From Bugula neritina (Eukaryota > Animalia > Bryozoa): 64,000 nt of DNA. Below are positions 13,934 to 26,358 of the stretch, piece after piece. The notes beneath the pieces were generated by a model. That model saw only the letters and a list, made by a program, of their open reading frames with translations. It had not been told where the DNA came from and made no database searches. Every line of letters begins with the position of its first letter. The stretch's first letter is position 1. The stretch spans positions 8,585,751 to 8,649,750 of the forward strand of contig OZ037773.1 of NCBI GenBank assembly GCA_964035545.1, in the 5' to 3' direction. The translations under genes were made by a program, and so were the position numbers.

Positions 13934-15293
13934 AATTTGGCCCATTGTGATAAATACAAAGAATCAACTTCACAACTCTTTATATCAACATTGATCTAAC
14001 ATACTATTCACTGTGAACAGTACCTGACACTAATTTCTATTCACTGCTGGTCAATTTAGGGATCCAAAAAACGAGAGGTTTTAGTTGTCAGCTTATGTTC
14101 ACTCTAACACTAATATTTCTCTCTGTGTAGCAGGAGGAAAACTGAGCTACACTGACTCATCTACCAAAAACTGTCAGTAAATAGCTATCGCGAAAGCTTT
14201 CACAAATAGCTTTCGTTACACAATGATTTTTGGAAAGCTGCCAAAAAGCCACTGCAACAACTATTATACAATATATAATTATAGTTTTATATTATCTTGT
14301 ATTCTTAAAGAAGTTCTAGATATTCAGAGAATATTTATAAACAGTGAGGTAAATTGAGAAGAGATTATAGAAGGCAATTTATACCCGCTACTCTTATAAC
14401 AGGACAAAGTGGAGGTATAGGTGAGAATAAAAGGTACCTTTATGGCGTGGCCACCAGATAACTGGCTCATTAATTTCATTGCAGAATAAAATTTATTTGT
14501 AAAACTTCACATTCACTTATATTACTTTTTGAGATCAAAACGATGTAGTTGTTTTTAAAGTCATGCATTAAAGATTGTAGTTTATGAAACAAGAAATGCA
14601 TTGAAGTTTATTATATTCAAATATGAAATGCCTAAAAATATAATACTTTGTTGAATATAAATATAATTTTGTAGTAAAATATCAATGGAATACCATTTCT
14701 CATGCACACTGTTCAAAATTCACATTATTTTAAAGAAAGATTGAGCAAGACACAGGTGTACAAACAGGGGCATAGACAGGGGTAAAGACAAAGGGTACAA
14801 AAGGGGCACAAAAAGAGAATATACATATAAGAATAAGGTTATGAAAAATTATGGAATATTAACTCTGCATTCAAAAGCTTTCTACCCTATGTCGAAATAT
14901 TGAAAATAAATTGAATTAAGAAAAAATAAACACAACTAGCAAATTTCATTTATATCTCAACTATAATATGTTTAATTGGCATGAATTATTAAAGGAACTA
15001 AAAACTGAAATTTTGGCATAACAATAAGCTGAAGAGAGCTAAACTTTTAAAAAATGCAAAATAGCAAGAAAGGTAGAAAATTGGAATAGCTGTTACATAA
15101 ACAACTTTAAACAGTCCTAAATTGGTTATTTGATAACCGTACACAACTTTATTTGATTCTACTATAAGGTTCTGGTAACATTTTCCTACTTCTATTCTTA
15201 AGAAGTGGCAAGTACCTGTCAATCTATATTGACAGGTGACTGCAGGTAGCTGTTCAACTGGTAGCAGGTGGATGAAATACTGAGTTTATGGGC

Positions 15294-18200
15294 TTATCTG
15301 TAGAATCCAACACCTTTGGTGACGAACTGATGTCCACTGATGGTTCTAAAGGGTTGGTTTGGAGGTTCTAAGAACAAGAAATATGAGACAGTTACTTTAA
15401 TTGTTCTATTATTATGTATAGTATTATAGTATAGTATTATTATGTATAGTAAGTCAATATATGATCAAATAACAGTCAGCAAGCAGCTACAATGGCAGAA
15501 AAATAACCATACAATAATTCTTTGAGCAGTTTAGTTGGAATTTTTGCAATAAAATTCAAAGTGTACAGTGACTATAAGATTCATAGCAATGATTAATAAA
15601 ACTACGTTTCCAACAACAATATAACAAACTGGAAACATATTCTTTTTTTAATATGTTCTTGTAAGAAATATCTGAATTCCGCAACTTTTATTTAAATCAC
15701 TTATTATAAAAATAGCTATACTTTTACACAGTTTGAAATATGTTTTTACTCAAACTTTATGAATTTTAATCCAAAATTTTATCAGCCAATGTTGTCAAAC
15801 AAAGAATGGAGTTTTTTGTGTTGAAGCTAATAGCAAATCTTAAAAGTGTCTATTATAATTATATAGAAACTTATAAATGCATCACCAAAAGATATATAGA
15901 CACACAAAAATATATGTACATGTTACGTAATTATATTATATAATCTAATTATGCAATTATATAACATAATTGTAACGTTTAAAGTGCATCATTGCAAGCA
16001 GGAAGTGAAATAATTGCCTGAAATAATAATGAGGAATAATTCAGCCACACATAGACTAACTTATTTAGAAGACTTTTTAGGAGAATTTGACCCAGAAGTG
16101 AGGTATTTTACTCCTCCAATAGGGCCGATATTCCGACCTGAGAATGGGAAAACACGTGTATTGCATAGCAACTGTAAACTATCCAGTAATACAAGAAAAT
16201 ACTGTATTACTGTATAGTAATACAGTATACAGTAATACAAGATATTATTGTATTATACTCTATACATTAGTACTCAAGAAAATAACTGTATTATACTTTA
16301 TACAGTAATACAAGATAACAACTGTATTGTACTCCATGCACAGTATATAGGACATACAGTACACAGTACATAGTACATACGTGATATGTTTGACTTTGGC
16401 TCATTGTACCAATATTGAAATCCTGCTTTAGCTCTGGCGTTGAACTCATTTCTCCTGTTGGTGTAGTTAGAAGCTGATCGTCGTGGCAACAACCTTTGAC
16501 CTAGTTTATTATATCGAACTTCAGGTTGCAGAATGCCGTATGGAGGGAAACTGGATACGTCGTGATCTTTCACTGTACCTGCATGGTAACATGGTAACAT
16601 GAAGAGAATAAGCAACTCCAAGTATGATATGTTTAATAATGTACAATATATAATGTATATATAATAATAAATTAGGTGCGGGTAGATAACTCTCATGACT
16701 GATTATATAGGATAAGTTAAAATTTCCTTGATGATTTAAAATTCAAACTCTAAGTAGCAAAGGAATTATCCTTCAATTAAAAAACCTGTAATCAAATAAA
16801 ACTAGCTAAATCAAGGTAGTACAACTCTTACTCTTACTCTTACAATTATACTTGTTTATACATGAGTTGCAAAAGAGTAGACTGTGTGAAACACGTAAGC
16901 TACGATATAGATGCATATCTTTGTAGAGAGTTTGATCGTCTAGAAACCTAAACCTTTCTAAAGATGTGTCACTTATCCAACCCACCTTCTATAAAGAGAA
17001 GGTTGGACCCAGTTTGCCCAGTAGCCTGTTTGATGTGCCTCCATTGTCCACCAGATCTTCCACTCCGAGATCTACAGAGGTGTGAGAAGTACGTGTTACT
17101 TAGCAAGTGCAGACACTAGGAGAGCAATCTGATTGTCTGCAGAAAACATGTTTATCTGCAGATACATGTTTACCTGCAGGCAACATGTTTACCTGCAGAC
17201 AACATGTCTACCTGCAGACAACATGTTAATCTGCAGATAGTTTTTTAATCTGCAGATGGTTTCTGATGATCTGCAGAAATTATGGTTATCAGCAAGCAAT
17301 CTGCATTTAGATCAACAAGATCATTTATCAGTGAATATGTTTGCTACTTGTCAGAAGAAGCATCAAATTAAAACAAAAGAATATTTCTGCGGCAGCTAGT
17401 ACTCCATAGTCAATAACTATTACTGTATCTAGAAGAATATGATATCTATATATTATATGGTTATGTATCCAAGTAACACTAACTCTATCAACTTTTATTG
17501 CTTGGATTTCACTAACAATAGCCCATGGCTCTGGAAACAAATTTAGATTACAGAGGGGTGTTAAGGTGAATAACCCAAGTCCTTTAGAGTCACTTACAGA
17601 GGTAAGCTGTAGGATTTACGGAAGAACGCGTGGGACGGCATCCCAGCACTGTCGTCCACATCGTAATTCTCATCGTCATTGTAAGAGTTAGACTGTGGTC
17701 TTCGTTTGAAGGATGCAGGAGCAGGGGTGGCTCGTAACTGCCTATCGTACGATGAGAAGGCTCTTTGTGGAAGCCTTGGTAAGCTCTCAATCATCTCCCC
17801 TCCAAGCTGAGCAAAATTTAGAACATAAAAATATGATACAACTTCTTGAATAAAATATTGGAAATAATTCCAAATAGAAAATATCAAAGCATACTAAGAG
17901 GCAAAATACTATATCATAACCACGTACACAGGCATTTACACTGTCTTGCAGCTTTAATACGAAGTACAATATAACTGTTTAAAAATTACACAGAGCAGTA
18001 TTATGAGTATGATTGCTTCGAAAAATGCAGAGTCCGGTGTTAAAACACCTGCACAGAGTTGTGACTATTTAAAATGCACAACTTGAAATTTTGAGTTTGT
18101 AGAAAGATTACACATGCATGGTAGAGGTTCATGCAGTCATTTCTTTTTTTCAAGCTGAGCTAAGTTAAAGAAGCAATATAATGTAATAGATAAGCTAATG

Positions 18201-21200
18201 TTTGTTGTTTAAGATGATTATACTTAATTGACAAACTGCACATCAGTTGAGATGCGTATATTAATGATACAACCTTAGAGTTATAATACATTATATATCC
18301 TGCGCAGCAATTCCTGTTGAAATATATAAGAATTCCTGGGTTAAAGTTGAACAGTGAAAGTTTAAGTGAAAATGACACTTCTAAGAGAGAAAGGTGGCAG
18401 TTTGCATATATATAGGTAAAAGAAATGAAATGGAAAAGAGGAGTTCAGATGGAAGCTGCTAGACTTACAAATGGCACAGAACTGTGCTGGTGACTAGCAC
18501 AAGGATGGAACCAGCAGGGGTAAGGGCGACTTATGGTAGACCAGGACATCTGGGTCCTATAGCAATAAGCAGCTTGCAGTCTACGTGAGGACTAGTTTAA
18601 AAATCTTTGAATGCAATGTTATATAGAAAGATACTATGCGGCTTTTTTAAAATTTACTGACTTATTTAAATTCAGAAATAAAATTGAAAAAGAAATCGAA
18701 GTTTGAAAGCCTAGAAGTTCGGATATCTTCTGCACCTGATCCCTTATTAATAAGGCTTAAAGAATTTTATTTCAATAACTAAAGTTACTGTATTTCAAAA
18801 TAAATCTAAATATCGGTTAGGAAAATTGACTGAAAAATTGACTATAAATGAAAAAGTAAACACACTACCTGTTTTACAGAGAGAAAAGGTGACTCGTACA
18901 ATGGAGGTGAAATCAGAATGATATGCAGACAGTAAAGAATGTAATTTTACTCATTCAGTCAGTAAATTATTATTGATGTTTGAATTGATACAATGGAATT
19001 CCTTCCAGGAGAATTGATAGCTTACAAAGAGCGGTATGATTTATTGTGATACAAGTCTACCCTGTAACTTTATATGATAATATACAGTACAACTCGGTAA
19101 TATATACAGTATAGCTCTGTACTATATTATACAGTACAGCTCTGTACTATATACAGTACAGCTCTGTAATATACAGTACAACTCTGTAATGTACAGTACA
19201 ACTCTGTAATGTACAGTACAACTCTGTACTATATACAGTATAGCTCTGTAATATATAGTACAACTCTGTAATATATACATGCAATGCAACTCAATTATAT
19301 AAATATTTTGTGTTTTTTGTTACATATATAAATCACTCATCTAATAGAACATAAATCAATCATTTGGCCTCTATATTTTATTGGTGTTTAGTTTGAGAAA
19401 TGCTTCTCTTAGAGCTATCAACTGCTATAGTTCAACAGTATATTTATGCTTAGCTTAAAAGCAATCCTATGAACAAATAAAGCTTCCAAATGTTAGCTTT
19501 CACTCATTTTTGTATTTTTACAGCTGATAGGTTCTACTGCATCTGTCATCTAAAGTTACTGACAATTCGATTGTAAGAAATAACCTGTTCAGTTGTTTGC
19601 ATTTTGTTACAAATATTTCATACAAGTTTTTAATATCTTTCGTATCTCTATGAAATTATTTATATGAAAAGACAAACACAGGTTTCTAGTAACCAAGACA
19701 TAAATTACATAACAAATTTCCATCTGATCAATAATCAATAGTTGTCTAATAATTGCAAGGCACAGCTTATACCCATGTAGTCTCATAATTATCATAAAAC
19801 AACTTAAAGTTGTTACATAATAACAGCTATCGTAGAAGAAAAAAATATTTCAGTGGATTGAATGTCCTCATTTTTATTATAATGTTTTCACAGTATTCAG
19901 TATTGTAAGTAAGCTCTTCAAATATTAAGCATATTTTCAACATCATTATGAAGTATTACAATTGCGTACATGTAAAGACATGAATTACATATTATAGATA
20001 ATGACTTATGTCAATACAAGTGTTAATTAGTATCTGTTTGTGTATTGATTGCTTATTGATGATGAACACTTGATATAAGTGCTAATCAATATCACCATAG
20101 CAACAAGTGCATCCTGCAATAATTACACATAATAGGGTATTATTGGCAAAGATTTGCCTGCTTAACTTTGATTTTGTTTGATCATGCTGAGAGTTTGTAT
20201 GGAATCAGTCACCTGGTGCATAAGTCAACAACAAGGGGCTCTCACAAGGGGCTCTCACAAGGGGCTTTCACAAGGGGCTATAGCAAGGGGCATATATCTA
20301 GTATTACATCATAGTGGCAAACAAATACAGATGGAGAAAGAGCCTATAACAGCCACTGTAATATGGACGTTGACCTATCACTACCTCTGTACAGATATGC
20401 TGACCTATCATAACCACTGTAACATAATATACACTGACTAATCACAAATAAGATAACATAAAGAGTCAACACTGCAGTAACACACAAGGGTACACAACAA
20501 GTGATATACCTCATTGTAGATGTCCTTGGGGTCAGGGAATTCCTAAAAGCATATTGTTAGTTGGCATTTTTCTACATTTCAATCGGCTACCAAAATAAAG
20601 TTGTTTCCACCTACTTAGTCACAGTTTGTAAGCACAAATATTTGTTAAACGAAATGAATTCAAATAAATCGAATAGAGAATTTAAACATAGAAACTAAAG
20701 TCAAACAGTCTATCTTTCTACTCATAAGGTTTATATTTGCATTAGAGGATGGCACTAAGGCTCCCTCTTCCCGTTAAGGTGGTACTAAAGCCAAGCCCCG
20801 ATGTTTACACAGCTCAGGATATGAAGTTCCTAAGGTTAGAAGTTCAAATCCTCAACTGCCATATTATTTTGAAGCCAAATTCCCGCTCTATCATGATATC
20901 TGCACTCAATAGAACCATAGCAACAAGCAGGGGAAGCAACTTACCAATTCGTCTGCTTTATAAGAGGCACCAGACAACGGTCTGCTTGTTATTCCATCTA
21001 GCATGTCATAACTATCTCCAATACGGCTTTTGGATCTGAAACGACGTCTCCAATATGTAAGTTTACCTAATAGTGCAGTCGACATGGGTTTTTCACAAGT
21101 AAAAATGACTCTTGATAAAATTTTATAAAAGCCTGATGCCTATTTTATTGCAATACTGTTATGTTTTTTGAAAAAATCAGCCAGTGAAAAACTTAGCTCG

Positions 21201-23166
21201 TCATGGAAATGGTGAAAATAATCATTATCTATGCAAGTTTAGACTTTGAATGTGTGTTCGAGAGAACACACATTCAACATTGCAAATTGACAATTTATTA
21301 GTAAGTACTGACATTATTCTTGGCTGAATGGCGAACTAGGTGTGCTTCATTTTAACCTGCAGGGCAAAGACTTTTTAAAATGAAACTTTTCTAGTTATAA
21401 AAATTTGCCACAATATTGTGTTGAAATACTGTATGTGTCATGTGTGCCATGGCTATTGTAGCATCAACTAAATGCTTAAGAATTTTCATTTAGAAAAATT
21501 AAAAATAGGCATGTAATATCGCATTATTTTTTGTACAGCTTGGAGTGGTTCACCTCACCACTACACAGCTGAGAGTGCTTCACCTTACCACTACACAGCT
21601 GAGAGTGTTTCACCTCACCACTACACAGCTGAGAGTGCTTCACCTTACCACTACACAGCTGGGAGTGTTTCACCTCACCACTACACAGCTGGAAGTGTTT
21701 CACCTCACCACTACACAGCTGGGAGTGCTTCACCTCACCACTACACAGCTGGGAGTGCTTCACCTCACCACTACACAGCTGGGAGTGTTTCACCTTACCA
21801 CTACACAGCTGAGAGTGGTTCACCTCACCACTGCTGAGGTGAGACTCAAGTTGAAAGGTAAGCTAGATTTAATACTCACCTCATGGACTGTGACAGTATT
21901 TGAAACATACCACAGCTGTTTATGTTTCAGTTATCTGCAGTTACTGCTACTAGAGTCCAACTTTCAGTAAGAGTGAACAAGTATTCCAATAGTTGCACTA
22001 TCTAACAGTCTTGTATAGTGAGTAGTATTATACAGTGAGTACTACTATACATGCAGTGAGTAGTACTATGCAGTGAGTAGTACTATGCAGTGAGTACTAC
22101 TATATAGTGAGTAGTACTATATAGTGAATGATACTGTACAGTGAATGTATAAGGTACAGAAGAGCAACTACCCTGTGGAGCAAGTCACTATTAATGAGAT
22201 CTAAGAACTGTATACCTATAGGGAGAATGTAGGCTGATATTTTAATTTAAGTCCATACAATATAATAACTAATTTAAGAAACTAAAATTGAATGACCTGT
22301 TAATATTGTAACTTTGATGAAAGATTTACATTGTGCTAATGTATAGTATATATACAGTTATTCATAGTCACGTATATTAGAAAGTATAATGGAATAAGTA
22401 GACACCTATATAAGTTCAATTTTAAACTGTACATATTGCTAAAACAGGCTTCCATGTTTATACGATTTTTAGAGTTGTCTTCTCTTTTAAGGAAACACAA
22501 TTATAAATAAATGCAACACTGTATTTATTTTTATCTTGTGATAACATGAAAAATAAATGTTTCCAAATTGCACGGCTTGTTTAAAATACATTGTATAAGT
22601 ATAATTAACTGCATAACATGACATGCACTATTTGATAACAGAGGACAACATAGCAACAGCTAAATAAAGTAATATATTTTTATAATTACCAACAGCTATG
22701 CTTAGTTACATACAGACTAAAAGCACACACCGTAAAGTATACATTAAACTTTACTCTGTATAAATAGCAATAAGCAAATATAACTTTCAGCCTTGCCCTG
22801 ACGTAGTCATAATATATAATATTGTATCATAAAGGTCATTTCCCCAGTTAGAGTACTTCACTAATATTGTATGCCTTTGAACAGTGCAACTTTGTACTCC
22901 TCAAAGTTTATAAATTTACTGAAAGCTAAATGTAGGTACATGCATTTTACTTACTTATAGTCATATACAGGTACAAATTTTACTTACCTATAGTCATATA
23001 CAGGTACAGGTTCTACTTACCTATAGTAATATGCAGGTACAGGTTCTACTTACCTATAGTCATATACAGGTACAGGTTCTACTTACCTATAGTCGTACGT
23101 AGGTACAGGTGTCTTCACCCCACAATCAGAGTAAATGCTGTATCTGGTTGCAGAAGGCACGGGCAT
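15294..23166 (-). CDS. Uncharacterised ~255-aa basic R/S/P/Y-rich protein; candidate ciliary protein with two alternative C-terminal exons
   Basis: Phase-consistent GT-AG chain: 23087-23166, 20510-20542, 18469-18556, 17598-17806, 16986-17071, 16381-16578, then either 16061-16137 or 15294-15367. Protein: MPVPSATRYSIYSDCGVKTPVPTYDYR..SRPYPCWFHPCASH..LGGEMIESLPRLPQR..GQWRHIKQATGQTGSNLLFIEGTVKDHDVSSFPPYG..GFQYWYNEPK. No family recognised. Confidence 0.75.
17137..17280. repeat. Minisatellite, ~19-bp unit (CTGCAGACAACATGTTTAC)
   Basis: About 7 imperfect copies in the intron, ~65 nt from the acceptor at 17072. Confidence 0.85.
19081..19277. repeat. Minisatellite, ~20-23-bp unit (TACAGTACAACTCTGTAATA)
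   Basis: About 9 tandem copies. Confidence 0.9.
20760..21130 (+). mobile_element. Possible SINE-like or other interspersed repeat relic
   Basis: GC-richer island containing a Pol III B-box-like GTTCAAATCC at ~20841. Boundaries are uncertain. Confidence 0.3.
21543..21832. repeat. Minisatellite, 30-bp unit x~9.5 (CACCTCACCACTACACAGCTGAGAGTGCTT)
   Basis: Near-perfect tandem array; it explains ORFs 21524..21823 and 21545..21970. Confidence 0.97.
22934..23110 (-). repeat. 33-bp tandem repeat x~5 made of exon end plus splice donor
   Basis: The minus-strand unit CCTGTACCTGTATATGACTATAG|GTAAGTAGAA overlaps the last ~23 nt of exon 23087-23166. Confidence 0.95.
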
Positions 23167-23206
23167 CTTGGTTTAGGCCGGATATTTCTGCAGAATACAA
23201 AGCACG

Positions 23207-23219
23207 GTTGCTTAGCAAC
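23207..23219. promoter_or_regulatory. RFX X-box (GTTGCTTAGCAAC)
   Basis: Near-palindromic match to the RFX consensus GTTGCY-N-AGCAAC, 40 bp upstream of the ATG at 23166. A CRE-like TGACGTAA lies at ~23289. Confidence 0.65.
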
Positions 23220-26200
23220 CGTTTAAACTTAAGTCAGCGAAACGCTGCGGCTGCTTACTATCACTTATAGCACTCTATTTGATTCAGCTGACGTAATCAT
23301 TTTTTAAACCTTCACCTTAATTATACTAAAGGAAGAATAAGGCATGATATTTCTATACTTTCAAGTAAATGATGCTAGCTATAAATAGCCAGAGTAACTT
23401 TTGACCCCTGATTTAGGTTCACAAAAAGAGTAGCCCTTTACAATACTCATGTAAACAGGCTTCTAACTAAGAGAGTTTAAACTACTTGACAACTGAGTAT
23501 TAGCAAATGGGGAGAAGAAAGACATTATGAGTATTGTATAACTCGTCAGAACAATAATGGAGAGATATAAATGGCTGAACGAAGGTTGTTTTGAGCTTGA
23601 AAAGAAGCTTAATGCATCATTGGAACTCTTTAAATCAAATTAACTGAGGTATATATAGGAATATACTAAACTATCAAAATTTATCAGATATGTATTAATT
23701 AAATTTCAAAGTATTTGCACAGCATTCTAAAACGTATGCAACCTTAGATCAAGAATATAGTGCCTCAACTCTGAAATGATGATGGCTGCTTGGGGTGGGG
23801 ATGCGCTTGCAGATATCTATTACCACACAAGATAAATTAAAAAGTATATTACACTAATATATGTAGGTTATATGGGCATGTATCCCATAGTATACTTGCA
23901 ATGAACTATACATCTTAGCAAGCTGTAGGCACATTATCAATGTTTTGATTCATAACCATTATTCATTTTTATGTAAAGAATATTGTTTTTAATTACACAC
24001 AAGCGGTAACCTTGATCCTTTCATTTGAATACAGCATTATTTCTATACAGGATCAGTCAACTCAGTTTAATATAATTTAGAGGTCGTGACATACACAACG
24101 GCACAGCTTGAAATTTTAACAGCAAACTTTCCACTGTAACTTGCTTTCAAAGCAAAGCTTTTGTCTAGCTATAAAACTAAATAAGGAATTTATATCAAAT
24201 CAACTTTGTAAATTTTGATGCCCAGCTTTCAACTAGTAATACACTTCATGCTGTTCCAGCATTTAAACAGCTTGTATATTTTGTTATCGAAAACCTTTTC
24301 ATCAAGAGAGAGAAGTTCTAAGTTTATAAAGTGGTCTGAGAGGTTATAATTAAGTAGCCAATATATTGATAGCGTCAGCATTTTAAGACCATCAGTTTCA
24401 GACTAAACAGCACCAGCAATGAGTGTTTTAGGTCAACATATTTATAGATGCTTGCAATGCATCAGATAGATTTGTCTTTTAATGAAACCATGAGAGGAGA
24501 GATGGTTACTGGCTACTGCTACTCAATGTTCACAAGATAATGTGAAAAAAAATTCACTGAAGCTGAACTGTACTGTAAATTAAAGCCGCCGATCATTTTA
24601 ACTCACAACACAAAATTGAAAACCGATAGTAAACTTCCTTGAGTCTTGACAACATTAGAAGATGGATATCTGCAGTCGGGTTTATACTGAGGTGTTACTT
24701 GCATGCTAAAGCTGCTATATAACTCTGCATATAATATGTATATTAGATATATAATGTATCCCAAGGCATCTATGCTAAGGATACAACTCTCATTATAAAG
24801 CTTACAGCAATATAATCTAAAGTATATAAAAAAGCTGCAAACTGTGAAAAATATATGAAATAAAGAAAATCAGTTACTGACAATTAGTTCACACTCATAC
24901 TTATGGGCAACTTTTTGTAAACAAAGTTTTAATAACAACTTACAATAAGTTAGCTGTAGTCTCTTGCTTGGCAACGTTAGAAGTGAAAGTATATGAAAAG
25001 TGCAACAAGTGTGTTTTGTTGGTAGTAACAGTGAGGATATCTAGCCACTCGTCAAGTACAAATATGTGATATACTTGTGTGTTCACAGTTGGAGCACCAC
25101 TACACGTATCTCGTATCAAACTGGCTGAATAGGGCTGCATGTATATCAACAATCAATACAAACAATAAGTTTGATTTCAGTTCATTTTATCAATATTGGT
25201 ATTTGTAAATGAATAGAGACGGCAATTAGCCAAGCAGCCTTTTGTGTGGTTAGTGCTAAATGACTTGTGTATAATATATATCAACACAAGATTTCTAATC
25301 AAGCATATGTATTTTACAGGAATATTAAATTTTAACATAATAGCAACCTTAGCTCAGCATTTAGACCTAGCAACTGAAGCATAGTTACTCATTCAGTCAT
25401 CCATAGCTAATTATTACAGCTGAACTGAGTTAGCAATCAGCTGGACTGACATTGAAATCAGAAACGTGTGTGTAGCCTTAGTCCCTACATTTCCTGCAAA
25501 CTGACTATAGATGTAATCATAGGACTAAAAGGTGGAGCACAAGCTAGGCACAAGACTCACTTTCTGCTTTCTCCAGTTAATTGCCAATAAATATAACAAA
25601 TGGAAAGGCCATTTTGTATGCATATAATATTATACAGGCAATACTTTTCATAGAAAAGACAACTACGAGTTTGCTTCAAGCTTATAGTAAGAATCAGATA
25701 AAATAAACTGAAGGGTGTTTGATGGGAAGCCACTGTATTATTATAACTGACTGAAATGTAACTCTCATAGGACACAGTTGGATATAACAGGATGAGGCGG
25801 GAATGAAAGAGTGCACATGTTTATTGCAACATAAAATAACATCCAAGAAACGAACAAAATGTAAGTAAAATATAATGTAATTCAACGGAGTAAATACATT
25901 TGACTGACACTAGCAAGTAACAAACTTTCCAAACTGCATATCGGTTACACAACTACCAGATTTACTGCTGAGATATAAAATAGTGCAGGCTCCATTCAAA
26001 GAGTACTTAAAAATATACACCTGCACTATACTATAGCAGTTCTATTTACAGAACTGAGTCTACACTCCAAATGCATGGTAAAACTGGGAGTAACCCATGC
26101 TGTCGAGTAAACAATACTAGAGAGACACGTGACCAGAGGCTGACAGAGAGGGAGGAGAGAGTTGATATCAGAATGTTTATATACATCTCTAGGAAGAGAC

Positions 26201-26358
26201 AAGAGTAGATCTATACACCGAGTAGAATAGAGTTCGTCTTCACTGAATAGAATTCGTGTTCACATGTCACATATCTGGTGGATGCTATAAGGTGTCAAGG
26301 TCATATCTAGTAGATGCCATAAGTTGTCAAGGTCATATCTGGTGGATGCTGTAAAGCG

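Noticed and set aside
21524-21970. ORFs with HSQLCSGEVK / HLTTTQL repeats
   Set aside because: They are translations of a 30-bp intronic minisatellite that is open in several frames.
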